DNA of 63,639 nucleotides, filler included, from Craspedostauros australis (GCA_030167865.1; 15 parts of 15 records of this genome joined end to end with filler, not necessarily neighbours in it), one strand, 5' to 3'. Shown: positions 12,687 through 25,370, numbered from the whole stretch's first letter. Translations and numbers: made by a program. The notes: a model not told the origin generated them from the letters alone.

Positions 12687-13489
12687 TGTCAAGATGTACA
12701 TGTGAGTATATGTCGAAATGTACGTGTATATGTGCATCGTTCACTCGTTATTCTCTCGTACGCACTTGGACGGTATAACTACATTCGTGCCAATAGTATG
12801 CTGTGATTCGTCAGAATTACAGTGGAAATGGAACACATGAAAATGAGCAGAATTTCTGGAGGAAATTTGCAACCGACGATTTCTGAGAGAATTGGAAATA
12901 TCGTCCGTCCATCCATCAATGGTACCAAGAGAATCTCGAGGTACTTCCCAACTAAACCTCAGATGACAATATCATCTGACAGACTGCTGCATCACTGATG
13001 GAACGTGACATCTGGAGAGCAGAAGGATGCCTACTGATGTCGACAGGATGTCATCGTGTCACCATGTCGACATCTGTCTCCATGTCAGAGCAGGAGGCAA
13101 AGATCCAATGACCGAAGGGCATCAAGATCATGGATAAGGAGGTGAAGTTCAAATGGTAAGTACTCATGGAGTAGGAACCAGTAAGGAACAAATGGAGTGT
13201 TGAATGCGGAGTGCGCATCGAACACGAAGCATGGTGTAGCATGAGTACACGATGCTGAGACAGAGACAGAGAGAGAGAATACGAAGAGCAGCGAGAGAGC
13301 ATCTTGCACACCAACTCATAGTTGGAGACCGAATCTACAAAACAGATTGAAGCGCCGAGAGCATTGGGTAAGAGAACAAACGGACACCAAGAGGATTGGA
13401 GTGCCAACGTAATGAAATAGCAAATGACCGACTATCAACCAGTACCATCTTCCACGATTGTAGGCTTCCGTGAGCGGAACTTGCCAACA
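12687..13489 (+). repeat. Candidate solo LTR
   Basis: Starts TGTCAAGATGTACATGTGAG exactly where similarity with the copy at 15459 begins. A possible end is ...TTGCCAACA. No target-site duplication is evident. Confidence 0.45.
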
Positions 13490-14599
13490 CGTACCTCACT
13501 TTGTGGTGTACTCTGTGCAGCTCTCCTCCACGCTACTCTACTCTACTATGCAGTCTACGCACAGTGCGAGGTCGCAATCTCAACTGAATTAACCACCTTG
13601 AACCATATTTACCGCAACCTTTAGGCTTAGTTGAGATTCAATGAGGGACAGACTAGTACCGAACACGGTATCAACCCGATGGGAGAAATTCCTGTTTTGG
13701 CGCGAAATCTTCCGACTTGATTGACCACCAAACCTTTTTCTCCTCCTTTCTCTCCTCCATTCACGAATCCATCATGACTCAAACCTGACCGACCTGACTC
13801 ACACCCCACCTGGGAACTATATGCTCTTCAGATCCTCCTTACTAAAACTTATCTCGATTCCTTCATTGCTGATGACNNNNNNNNNNNNNNNNNNNNNNNN
13901 NCATGCGTATCCAACTTGCTTCAACTCAAGCAATGGAATCCGAGTGTCAGCTTCAGCCACAGCCACTGCTTCATGACCGTCACCACTGATTGTCATGACC
14001 TACACTGCAGTGTAACTACATGTGCGGAGAGCAANNNNNNNNNNNNNNNNNNNNNNNNNNNNNNNNNNNNNNNNNNNNTTAATTAATTAANNNNNNNNNN
14101 NNNNNNNNNNNNNNNNNNNNNNNNNNNNNNNNNNCATTCCAGTAGATCGAACGGACACTTCGCCGGACCCCACGTTTGGAGACAGATCCAGAACCTTGAA
14201 GCAGATCTTCGGAATTTGTGTCAGGGAACCAATGGGGTTCCGATAACCAAGTTTCTGACACCCACCATTGCCAAAACGCCGACACACGGAACCAAAGCCA
14301 CAACAACGAGCATCACCGCCCATTGTCTCTCACAGAACCCAGACGACGGATCTCGACCCACGGTACTTGGGCTACACAACCCACACGCATTGTCATACAG
14401 GACATCACAGGAGATTCCCCCCGAAGAGAAGAACCATAGCACTAATCTCATAATCCGCACGTTTCTTCACCATCTACCAGTATTCTCAATTGACTACTTG
14501 TGGAACAGAAGACTCTCGTCCGGATCGCTTGTCAGTCAAGCCTCTACAGCCAACAGCTAAAGAACAGCCAACAAGACAACAGCCATTACGTTTGGGCTC

Positions 14600-15458
14600 T
14601 ATTAGGTCCCACACTGATCCGCTCAACGTGTTCCAATGGAGCCAAGTCCGGCTGAACCTCCCTGGATCGGTGAATTACAATCCATCTCTTCCTTGGGTTT
14701 CGAAACTGGACAGCAACGGCAACATTGCAGCAGATGCCTTCATCTACGTGAACGATGTCCGTCCTACTGGAGGCTCACAAGACATCTGCTGGCGAGCTAC
14801 CAAGCGAGTGGGACACGTGCTGGCCTACCTCGGTATTCAGGACGCGGCCAGAAAGTGTCGAGCTGCTACCAAGACCCCTGGTCCTTGGACTGGGGCAGTG
14901 GTGGTGGCCCATGACTCAGGTGTGTACGCCACGGCAACACAAGAAAAATGGGACAAGGGCNNNNNNNNNNNNNNNNNNNNNNNNNNNNNNNNNNNNNNGA
15001 GTGACACCATCGAGCGAAAGAAGCTGGAACGCATACGAGGATTCTTGAACTACCTTTGTCAGACCTACAAGCCAATGACACCCTACCTGATCGGATTCCA
15101 CCTCACCATAGATGGATGGAGAGAAGGAAGGGATGCAGACGGCTGGAGAATCCTCAACTACATCAACCAGACAACATCAACACATGTCGCAACAGGTGGT
15201 GCCACTCCTCCACCTGAGTACGTCAAGCCTGCTCTGCGTCTTGCTTCCGACCTTGAGGCTCTTCATCAGTTCTTCGCACCATCAGAGCCACCACTACGTC
15301 TTATGCGGCCTGGTCATTCCATTCGAGCCTGGTACGGTTTTGCAGATGCATCACAAGCCGGATTTGGTGCTTCCCTTCAGGTTGGCAATGAGATTGCCTT
15401 CCAGTACGGCGAATGGACCTCAGAAGAAAATGAAGCCAGCACATCAAACTGACGTGAG
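14600..15458 (+). mobile_element. Degenerate RT-RNase H fragment, probably a tyrosine-recombinase (DIRS/Ngaro-like) retroelement
   Basis: RT core IYVND (decayed YxDD), LGIQDAARK and GFLNY; DIRS-type RNase H start ADASQAGFG...GEW...SN*RE. No copia motifs. The superfamily assignment is inferred. Confidence 0.65.
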
Positions 15459-15540
15459 TGTCGAGATGTACATGTGAGTATATATCAAGATGTACGTGTA
15501 TATGTGCATCGTTCACCCGCTATTCTCTCATACGCACTTG
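15459..15540 (+). repeat. 5' end of an LTR-like repeat inserted in the DIRS-like RNase H
   Basis: Starts with TG and closely matches 12687-12768; truncated by the contig end. Confidence 0.65.
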
Positions 15541-15640
15541 NNNNNNNNNNNNNNNNNNNNNNNNNNNNNNNNNNNNNNNNNNNNTTAATTAATTAANNNN
15601 NNNNNNNNNNNNNNNNNNNNNNNNNNNNNNNNNNNNNNNN

Positions 15641-18295
15641 TTACAGTGACTACTGCTGGAGTTACTTCATCACAGAGAAAAGCGACGTGGGGTCGAAGAT
15701 GCTTTTGTTGTTCCAATGGCTCCAAGCGAATCAGCGAGTAACGGTTCAAAATGTCAGATGTGACAACGCAGGAGAGAATCGTTCTGCAGAGAAACTCTTA
15801 CTTAACAAGGGATTCGCCCCAACCTTCGAGTACACTGCNNNNNNNNNNNNNNNNNNNAATGGTCGCGTCGAAAGGAAATTCGCGACACTCTACGGCAAAG
15901 TACGCGCCATGCTGAACCAAACCCATCTACCAAAATCAACGCGAGGCAAACTGTGGGCAGAGGGTGCTCACACAGCGACTCAGCTGGAGAACATCATTGG
16001 CACGAAGTCAAGGGATCCAGCATGTATACTGTTAAACGGAAAAATCCCGAAGTATGCAAACGACCTGCGTGTGTTCGGTGAGATGGGGATGGTACACATC
16101 GGTGGACAGNCTATCAAGGCCAANCTAGACGACCGCTCCAAACCTGCCATGTTCGTGGGATACGGACAGTCGCACGCGAAAGGAGTGTANCGCATGATGA
16201 ACCTTGCTACCTCGAGAATCCTGATGACTCGAGACGTAACATGGTTGAACAAGTCATATGGAGAGTTCAAGGGTATCAAGGATGCCAACAGATCCAGAGT
16301 GATGAACCCCGACAACGACTCCTCATCAAGAGACTCGTCTCCAGAGAGAGGAGTGACTTGGCTTCGCCAATCGGATAGTATGAACGATATAGAGACCGAT
16401 GAGGATGACCAGCGCAGCAGAACCAAAGAACAAGGTGATACAGAGGAAGCCGCGCTAGACAAGGACGACCTGCTACCCGTCCAAGAGGATCAGGAACCAA
16501 ACGATGATGTCGGCGATGAATCCGGAAGGGACGAGGATGAAAGGAGTGAGGAAAGAACGGTAGAAGAAGAACCGCCCTCGACTCCAGTCACAACACCTGT
16601 TGCGTACGTACCAAGGATGGTCAGAGATCTCGCAGGGTACAACAACTCGCCCGTCCCTAAGGAGGACAGAGACTACGGGTCTAGCGAGACCTCCGAATCC
16701 GACGATGAGAAGGAAGAGACTGCCCAAGAGACAGAAGCCGAAACAACGGCGACAGGGGGACCTAGCTTCCACACAGACGGGTCAATGTTCAACAGAGACG
16801 TCGCAGGCATGATGATTGATACCACTCACGGAAAGATGAGGCTGGATGACTTCGTCACTGCGAGCCAAGTAACGAATGATCGAGTCAGACCCGAGCAAGC
16901 AAGCGTAGCTATGATGCTAGACCCTACCACTTTCGAAGAATGCTGGGACCATGCAGATCCCGAGAAGAGAAAGAAATGGAGAGAGGCCATCAATAAAGAG
17001 TTCAACGATATGACCAGAAGAGGAGTATGGGAGAAGATCAAGAGAAACCGAATGCTGAGAGATTGGCGATGCGTGAAGACCAAGTGGGTATTCAAGGAGA
17101 AGAGGAACGGAGTCTTCCGGGCCAGACTCGTCGCCTGCGGCTACTCACAGATCGCAGGAGTGGACTTCTCAGCACACCACGCACCAGTGATTCATGATGC
17201 AACCTACCGCATCATGCTCACTATGAAGATGCTGTTGCACATGGATAGTATAATCATCGACTTCGAGACAGCATTCTTGCATGGAGAACTCGATGAAGAG
17301 ATCTACATGCAATGCCCAANNNNNNNNNNNNNNNCTACATGCAATGCCCAAAGGGCATGAGGCATGAGGCCGACGAATGCTTGCTGCTCAAGAAGACCAT
17401 CTACGGATTAGTGCAGAGCGCCAGACAATGGAACAAAAAGCTGGTCGACATTCTACTCAAGCTGGGATTTCGACAGAGTAAAGTGGATCCATGCCTTCTG
17501 ATTCGGAATCAGGAAGGGAGACTACTGCTAATAGGCACGTACGTCGACGACTGCCTATGCATCGGAGAAAAGGAGGAGTTGAAGCAACTGACGATCGACA
17601 TTAAGGCTGAGCAATTCGGAATCAAGGTGGAGNACGACCTCGAAGACTACCTCAGCTGCAAGATCATCTTCAACAACGACCAGTCGAATTGCTGGGTGAA
17701 CCAGCCACACATCATCAAGAATATCATCAATACATTCAAGGATGACGTGCTGACTCTACAACGATACGGAACCCCAGGAACACCAGGACAGGGTATCCAG
17801 AGAAACTGCGACCTACCCAAAGTGGACAGTGACCGACACAGCAGATACCGAAGCGGAGTAGGTATGCTGCTATACTTGGTGAAGCACTTGCGACCCGACA
17901 TTGCGAATGCGGTGCGTGAGCTTACCAAAGTATTGGACGGACCATCAGCTGCTGCATACAAGGAGATGCTGCGAGTAATGAAGTTCGTATCGGACACGAG
18001 GGACTACGGACTACGAATGCAACCAATCCCACTGGAGAACGACGCATGGAAGATCGAGATCTACGCAGACAGTGAGTTTGCGGGAGACAAGGATAACCGA
18101 ATCAGTGTCGGGGGACATCTCGTCCTATTGCAAGGGGTGCCCATCGTATGGAGATCGAAGGCACAACGAAGTGTAACTCTCAGCTCAACAGAGGCGGAAT
18201 ACGTCGCCCTGTCAGAAGCAGGAAAGGAGATTCGCTTCCTCACGCAACTAATGAAGGACATCGGCTTGACGATGACCAAACCAGTGGATGTGCAT
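15641..18295 (+). mobile_element. Ty1/copia pol fragment: integrase, RT and RNase H (family A)
   Basis: Integrase RCDNAGEN and NGRVERK; RT KWVFK, RARLVACGYSQ, AFLHG, YGLVQSARQW and YVDD; RNase H YADSEFAGD and SSTEAEY. The apparent frame break at ~17330 is a gap or overlap artefact. Confidence 0.97.
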
Positions 18296-18395
18296 NNNNN
18301 NNNNNNNNNNNNNNNNNNNNNNNNNNNNNNNNNNNNNNNTTAATTAATTAANNNNNNNNNNNNNNNNNNNNNNNNNNNNNNNNNNNNNNNNNNNN

Positions 18396-19582
18396 ACACT
18401 CTCAGAGACATGGGTTTCACCCAATGTCGTTCTGACCCTGACGTCTGGATGCATGATGCTGGCTCCCACTGGGAGTACATCTGCGTCTATGTGGACGACT
18501 TGATGGCAGTCATGAAGGATCCCCATTCCTTCTTTGACGCATTGACATCCAAGTACGGCTACAAGCTGAAAGGCGTCGGTCCCATCGAATATCATCTGGG
18601 AGCTGACTTTGGTCGAGATCCAGATGGCACTCTGAAGATGAGTCCACATTCCTACATCAAAAGGATGTTGACGAACTTCGAACGCATGTTTGGCGCACTC
18701 CCAAAGAAGGCAAGCTGTCCTCTGGACAAATCNNNNNNNNNNNNNNNNNNNNNNTCACCAGAGCTCTCAGAATTGGACAAGAGGAAGTTCATGTCCTTGA
18801 TCGGTGCCCTTCAGTGGTGCATCTCGCTTGGAAGATTCGATATCTCCGTTGCCGTGATGACCCTGGCTCGATTTAGAGCATCTCCTCGTCAAGGCCACCT
18901 CGACCGGGCCAAACGAATCTACGGCTACCTTCGGAAGCATCCGGACGGTTCCATCCGCTTCCGCACCGGAATCCCACAGCATGAAGACCACTTCAAAGTC
19001 CCCAAGCATGACTGGCTCTACTCTGTGTATGGAAACACAGCAGAGGAGCTTCCCCATGAGATTCCGTCGCCCAAGGGCAAGCCTGTGCGCATGACGTCCT
19101 TCGTCGACGCCAACTTGCTACACTGCAAAGTGACCGGCAGATCCGCAACTGGAGTGCTGCATCTGATGAACCAGACACCCATCGAATGGTTCAGCAAGAG
19201 GCAAGCAACCGTTGAGACAGCCACCTACGGATCAGAGTTCGTGGCGGCTCGTCAAGCCACCGAACAGATCATCTCCCTTCGTCTTGCACTTCGAGAGATG
19301 GGCATCCCTCTCGACGGTCCAAGCTGGATGTTTGGTGACAATCAATCGGTCATCACATCGTCCACAATCCCGATGAGCATGCTATCCAAGCATCACAACG
19401 CCCTCGCATACCATCGCGTGCGTTCGGCTGTGGCATCAGGAGTCCTCGTCTTCATCAAGATCCAAGGAACTCAGAACGTGGCAGATGTGCTCACCAAGTT
19501 CCTACCTTGGGCCATGTTCTGGCCTCTGGTTCAGCCTATCCTCTTCTGGAAGGGCAACACCTTTCGCACGAACATGGATTGA
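18396..19582 (+). mobile_element. Ty1/copia (CoDi-like, family B) RT C-terminal half and RNase H
   Basis: YVDD, GRFDI, DWLYSVYG, FVDANLLH, ETATYGSEFVAAR, GDNQSV and NVADVLTK. Confidence 0.95.
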
Positions 19583-19602
19583 ACAGATACGAGACACGCT
19601 TT

Positions 19603-19899
19603 GGGGAGTATCAGATCAAAAGTCTATATTCACCTTAGTCTATGTCTAGTCTTGTTCTCCGTAGACTGTNNNNNNNNNNNNNNNNNNNNNNNNNNNNNNN
19701 NNNNNNNNNNNNNNNNNNNNNNNNNNNNNNNNNNNNNNNNNNNNNACGGCGCTCAGATACCTGTCTTGGTATCTGAAGATGGTAATGAGTTGAAGGATGG
19801 ATGTCAGGCCCTGCTTGTCATCCTCCTTATGTGCACATGAACATACATGTCTACTGTCTTGGTGAGTGAATGTACCTGAGCATCTTGGCTCAGATACAA
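19603..19899 (+). repeat. PPT and partial 3' LTR of the family B element
   Basis: GGGGAG lies 20 nt after the pol stop and is followed by TATCAG at 19609. The layout is the same as at 62968-62980. Confidence 0.65.
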
Positions 19900-19999
19900 N
19901 NNNNNNNNNNNNNNNNNNNNNNNNNNNNNNNNNNNNNNNNNNNTTAATTAATTAANNNNNNNNNNNNNNNNNNNNNNNNNNNNNNNNNNNNNNNNNNNN

Positions 20000-21256
20000 T
20001 TCATCGGATATGCACACCAACATGCATCAGGGGTCTACAACATGTACAGACCATCAACCAAGTCACTCATTTGCTCACGCGACATCAAGTGGCTCAACCA
20101 ATCATACGGACAGTTCCGTGGCTGGGCACCAGCACCGAACATATCCAACGAAGCAGGAACAACGGACGCAGACGGCTTCACAACCATCGGACGGAAGGGA
20201 GCAACGCCAAGGACGGCGACGCGTCAAGCATCGAAAGCAAAGAGAGTATCTTTCGCTAACAGTAACATGTACCATATCCTATCGGACAGCGACGATGAGG
20301 ATGATGAGGACGACGGAGTAGTAACTCAACTAGTCCATGACGACGAGGAAGACAGGAGCGAATCCAATCATGAGGATGACGAGATTATACCATCCGGCGA
20401 CGAAGCCGACGATGACACAGGCGTCACTCCTCCGAACACACCAGCAAGGTCTACACATGACACACCATCCAGACCTCCACCGAGCAAGCCAAGCAAACGT
20501 GACATAGATAGAAAGGAGAGGATCCGACGTCATGAAGCACGAGGCAGGAAGGGAGAAGTTAATCCCAAATCAACTACGGGGGAGAGTATTCCCAGAGCTC
20601 TGCGTGAGCTCGCAGACTTCAACGAACGAGGTCGAAAGGAAGAAGGCTATGAGAGCGATCCATCATCCGATGACGCGAGTGACGAACTCAGCGACGAGAT
20701 GATCGACGATCCCAACAACGAGACTACAGATGACGAAGAAATCGCAGATGAAGAAGAAGAGATCGAGATCACTCACCATAGCACAACAGGACTATACGGG
20801 ATGAATGCAATCATCATCGATGCACCAGCGATCGATATCGGACTATTGATGCAGGACGAGAACAAGGAACCAGAGAAGCACATCGAACCAACAACATTCG
20901 ATGGAGCCTTCAATCATCCAGATCCCATCCATCGAAAGGGATATCGAGCAGCCATCAAGAAGGAGTTCGACTCCATGGATACACGGAAGGTGTACAGCAA
21001 GATCAAACGAGACGCCATCCCACGCGGCCGCAGATGCTGCAAATGCAAATGGGTCTTCAAGCTGAAACGTGACGGCACACATCGAGCGCGGCTCGTTGCA
21101 TGTGGCTATTCACAAGTCGCAGGAGTGGACTTCCAAGAGCATTACTCACCCGTCATCCATGACGTGACCTACCGAGTCATGATGGTGATCATGCTGATCA
21201 AGAAGATGGACTGCGCACTCGTCGATGTCGTAACGGCATTCCTACATGGAGACCTC
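20000..21256 (+). mobile_element. Ty1/copia pol fragment: integrase C-terminus, acidic linker, RT start (family C)
   Basis: SRDIKW, EPTTF, KWVFK, RARLVACGYSQ and DVVTAFLHG. Homologous to 59202-60650. Confidence 0.92.
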
Positions 21257-21859
21257 NNNNNNNNNNNNNNNNNNNNNNNNNNNNNNNNNNNNNNNNNNNN
21301 TTAATTAATTAANNNNNNNNNNNNNNNNNNNNNNNNNNNNNNNNNNNNNNNNNNNNAACTCCCAACATTATTTGTCACACCTTTGGATATTATTCGTCAC
21401 ACCATTGAATATTGTCCATTCCACCCACGACACGAATCACGCGGGAATGACCTCAGTCTTACCAAGCAAACAAGCATGTCCTCTATGAATCAAGAAAAGG
21501 CCACGACATCTAAATCATGTGAAGGAAGATGATGACCGACACATTGATGATCACCCCATCTGGAGATCATGGCACGTGTCAGCCACGGACTAGAACAACT
21601 CAGAAAGGGCATCAACCATGACATCAATCATGACACCAATCGTAAAGTTCGGTGTCAGGAGACCAAGAGAGAAACGCATGACTGTGGAATCGTACCACAG
21701 GGAATGTAGAATGACGATATGCATAGCGAAATGCATGACAAAGATGCCTGCAGATATGATCTCATGTATGCAAGCGTAGAAGCATGAAGATAAGATGCAT
21801 GAAGGCAACAGTACAACGTGATGCTGCTGCAGGAGATGCTATATGTGAAATGAAAGGCA

Positions 21860-21952
21860 AAGGAGCTGAAGAGAATGAACTCACAGTTCTAAAACAGTAC
21901 GATCTAACAACCAATTAGTTCTTACTAACACATTACCCCCGGATTTCCAACA
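21860..21952 (+). repeat. 3' end of an LTR-like repeat (5' boundary not determined)
   Basis: CTCACAGTTCTAAAAC...CCCCGGATTTCCAACA is shared with 57067-57142, and similarity ends at CAACA in both copies. Confidence 0.6.
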
Positions 21953-22555
21953 CGAACATGGCATCACACACGCATCAAACCATCTCTCAGCCTTCTCTCT
22001 CAGCCTTCTCTCTGAGCAACATCATTGAACCAATGGATGAAGCTTGTTCGAAGACACCCATCAAACTTAAGGATTATGCGCTGCTAAGACAGCAAGCGAG
22101 GCAGCATCCTGATTCGAAGCAATGGATACAACGGTGGAGTTGAGTTGAGTACTCCTGCGTGATGGTGGCGTGGGCCAAAATCAAGTGGATTTTGCGGTCA
22201 CTTGACGCGACGTGGATGACTGTTGCAAAACCACCAACAAGATCGTCACCGACCCTCGATGGGAAGGATCGTTGCCTGTGCGTCTTGGGGTCACTTGTGT
22301 GCATCATCTTCCAACCAGAGGCACCCTGACGTTCCCTGCGATGGGGATTGTTGTTGGATGATGGGAAGCATGATGGCGGCAGGTATCCCTCCGCGGCTAG
22401 TTTTCGGCCTTGCCGAGAACGCACAAGTAGGATTACTGGAGTCAAACTTGTGCGATATTATTCCTTCATTCTGCACAGTTGAACAGAGTAGAGTGGTTCG
22501 TAGATTGGTATGATATTGTATGGTATGCTGCCATGATAGGTGTCGTACTCTCTGC

Positions 22556-24025
22556 TCACCCATCGAATCCACAGCACCGTTGCCACTGATCAACCTGAAT
22601 CTTCACAGCATCGATCATCGGACGTGCAGGTGCACACAACAACTTCGAGCGGATACCTTCGTCCTTTAATGTGCCTTTGACGGGAAGGGTTTCCGCATAC
22701 GGATCCTTTCCAAGGTAGACGTACGAGTGATTCACGCCGGACAGTGCTGCCAGCGTACCGAAGTATTCGTTCCAGTCGTAGGCAAACGGAAACACCTCTA
22801 TCACTGAGCTGCAACGAGGCATGAATAGGATTGACGTCAGTTGCGCACCGTGCGGCGACAACAGAATATCGATGTTGGAGAACACCTCTATCTGTTCTTG
22901 CAATGTCATGTTGTCGAGAAACACGACCGGCGGTCTGTATGGAAGGTGGAGTTCATCCTGCAACATCATGGAGACATTGTGTGCCCCCTTCAACCGCCTT
23001 CTACCCATGCGATTGATGATTACGATACGCGGCGTGCGAAGTTGCTGCGTACTTGAGCTGTCGCTTCTCTCTGAATCATCATTGTTTGTAGATCCTGCAA
23101 GTGACGCGGTGTGCCCATCGGATGATGATGGCATCCCGCATGACCTTGGTTTGTTTTCATCCATGCCCAGCACCGACAAGAAACTTCGCCGCAGATGCTG
23201 CAGATCATCTTCGTTGACCACTCGAAAGCCACTTGATAGAGTCATGTTTGCATACGCAATGATGAGAGGGCTGTCGACACCCGCGGCATTTTCCGAAAGT
23301 CGATGTTTCTTCCTGCGTTTGATTTTTACTTTGTGTGTACGCAACAGACGGAGGACCCCCTGACTGTACACCGATGAAGCGGCGTGCTTTCTGTATCCTC
23401 CGTCAACAGACAAGATATGCTGAGCGTCTGGGAAGCGCCGCCACAACGACCAGCATCCTACAAGAGCTTGCATCAAATGTGGGAAGTGCCAATGGTACTC
23501 TATGCCACCTACGGCGCATGCAACAGTCTCGATTCGCGTGTGGGGAGTTTGTCCATTAATCGTGCTTGGAAGGTTTGTCGGATTGGCTTCATTTGTGATG
23601 CCGCCAACTTGATCCCATGCTTCAGCAAGATTGCCGTTCTGGACGACTATGGTTTCGTCTAAACTGTATGATGCGGGATAGTGAGTTGTGATGAAGACAT
23701 GCGGCATTGAAGTGTCGAGGATGTTGCACTCATCAGGTTCAAAAGGATCAGCCGGCCATCGCAGCATGGAGACAGGAAAGCCTGTGATGTTGTGGGCCCA
23801 TTGGTATGGATGTGAATCATCTCCAGTTGCCTTGGTGGGAAAGTCGACAGCATCTCTCTCCAGATCATCGAGAAATTGAAAAGATACCACTGCAAGTGAA
23901 GAGAAGTTCCAATTCGTCAATGCGATTATGACGCCGATGGTGAACGCGAAAACTCGCTTGTTGTTCACGATGCGAGATGCTGAAGCTTTCGTGGCCGGAG
24001 GTGTGGTAGTCGTTGACTTGGCCAT
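22556..24025 (-). CDS. Glycosyltransferase family 61 (DUF563) type II membrane protein
   Basis: N-terminal transmembrane anchor; WHFPH; PRIVIINR..RRL; MTLQEQIEVFSNIDILLSPHGAQLTSILFMP...VIEVFP. Confidence 0.9.
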   Translation of the reverse strand: MAKSTTTTPPATKASASRIVNNKRVFAFTIGVIIALTNWNFSSLAVVSFQFLDDLERDAVDFPTKATGDDSHPYQWAHNITGFPVSMLRWPADPFEPDECNILDTSMPHVFITTHYPASYSLDETIVVQNGNLAEAWDQVGGITNEANPTNLPSTINGQTPHTRIETVACAVGGIEYHWHFPHLMQALVGCWSLWRRFPDAQHILSVDGGYRKHAASSVYSQGVLRLLRTHKVKIKRRKKHRLSENAAGVDSPLIIAYANMTLSSGFRVVNEDDLQHLRRSFLSVLGMDENKPRSCGMPSSSDGHTASLAGSTNNDDSERSDSSSTQQLRTPRIVIINRMGRRRLKGAHNVSMMLQDELHLPYRPPVVFLDNMTLQEQIEVFSNIDILLSPHGAQLTSILFMPRCSSVIEVFPFAYDWNEYFGTLAALSGVNHSYVYLGKDPYAETLPVKGTLKDEGIRSKLLCAPARPMIDAVKIQVDQWQRCCGFDG

Positions 24026-24553
24026 GGTGTTGAGAAGGTGTTTGAGTTGTGGTTGTGGACTTTTTTGCCTCGAGGTCGTACAACAGCAACAGCCACTGCG
24101 CGTACTCTCACTGGAGTATGCCAGGTGCGTGGTGTGAAGTGGTGGAGTGTCGCGAGGCTCTGCACTGATAACGCTGCGTGTGAGTGACTCGTCGTTGCTT
24201 GCTGAGAATTATGAGAACATGTGCATGGGTTCGAGGTGTCCGAAACTTGCCACTTGACTCTGTGGCTCGCTCAGGAGTCATTTGCATTCTCGTCCCCGTT
24301 CAATCCAACTTCGCCGAATGGGTGTTTTGGACGACACGCAACTTGTGTCTCGTGGCCAATTTCCGGTTTTTTGGCGCTTTTTGGCAATTAATGGTAACTT
24401 TTGGTGACGATTGGCGCGCAGATTTAGCGCCAATTCCTGAATCTGGTCATTTCTTGACGAGATATGTCGACGGACAGACGGCGCCGCACAAACAACGAGT
24501 AGGATCCACATCGAGCAAATGACCGCCCACATGAGAAATCTACACAATTGCCC

Positions 24554-24960
24554 TATCGCCGATGGCACAAGCTGCCTTTCGATGAGTTGACGGCCGTTTC
24601 CCAACATCTTCACATCATGAGAAAGAGGAGAGCGAGATCTCTCTATTGATGTGTGCATTGTTGGCAAACGGTCTCCGCTTCCTGTTCATCTCGATGCCTC
24701 TTTTGACCCTACGACCTTCAGATCGTAGTTGATGCACTCGCGATGACACTAGTGTCTCGTGGCTAATTTCCGGTTTCTTGGTAATTATTGGTAACCATTG
24801 GCATATCGCCGACGGCACAAGCAACCATTCGATGAGTTGGTGGCCGCTGACCGACATCTTTGCATAATTAGAAAGAGGAGAGTGAGAGCTATCTGTTGAT
24901 GTCTTCATTGTTGGCAAACGGTCTCCGCTTGATGTTCATCTTGATGCCTCTTTTTACCCT
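24554..24960. repeat. Imperfect direct repeat with 250-nt period (24554-24710 and 24804-24960)
   Basis: Shared blocks TATCGCCGA.GGCACAAGC, GAAAGAGGAGAG and CATTGTTGGCAAACGGTCTCCGCTT. GTGTCTCGTGGC.AATTTCCGGTTT also recurs at ~24346 and ~24753. Confidence 0.85.
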
Positions 24961-25370
24961 TTATCGGCCTTTTTCATACGGACGACGTACGGACGTGATT
25001 TTGGTATTTTTTCGTTGGTAACCATTGGTAACCGCGTAGAGTCTACGACATTCTGGTACAGAAATTTGGTGCTTCTTCGTCCAATCTCGATCAACCGTCT
25101 TCCAAAGACCCGCATCCAATTCTGTTTCGTCTATTGGTCAAGTGAATGACATGGCTGTATTCGTCACTTCATTCTGCTTCGGGTGATGTGCTGGTCAGCG
25201 GTCCAGATTGCTTTTGTGTGTTGTCTTGGGTGTTTGAAGTCAGTCACTAATGCTCGTGACAGCCATGATCNNNNNNNNNNNNNNNNNNNNNNNNNNNNNN
25301 NNNNNNNNNNNNNNTTAATTAATTAANNNNNNNNNNNNNNNNNNNNNNNNNNNNNNNNNNNNNNNNNNNN

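Noticed and set aside
17320..17345. Programmed frameshift in the copia RT
   Set aside because: CTACATGCAATGCCCAA is duplicated on both sides of an N gap, indicating a scaffolding overlap artefact.
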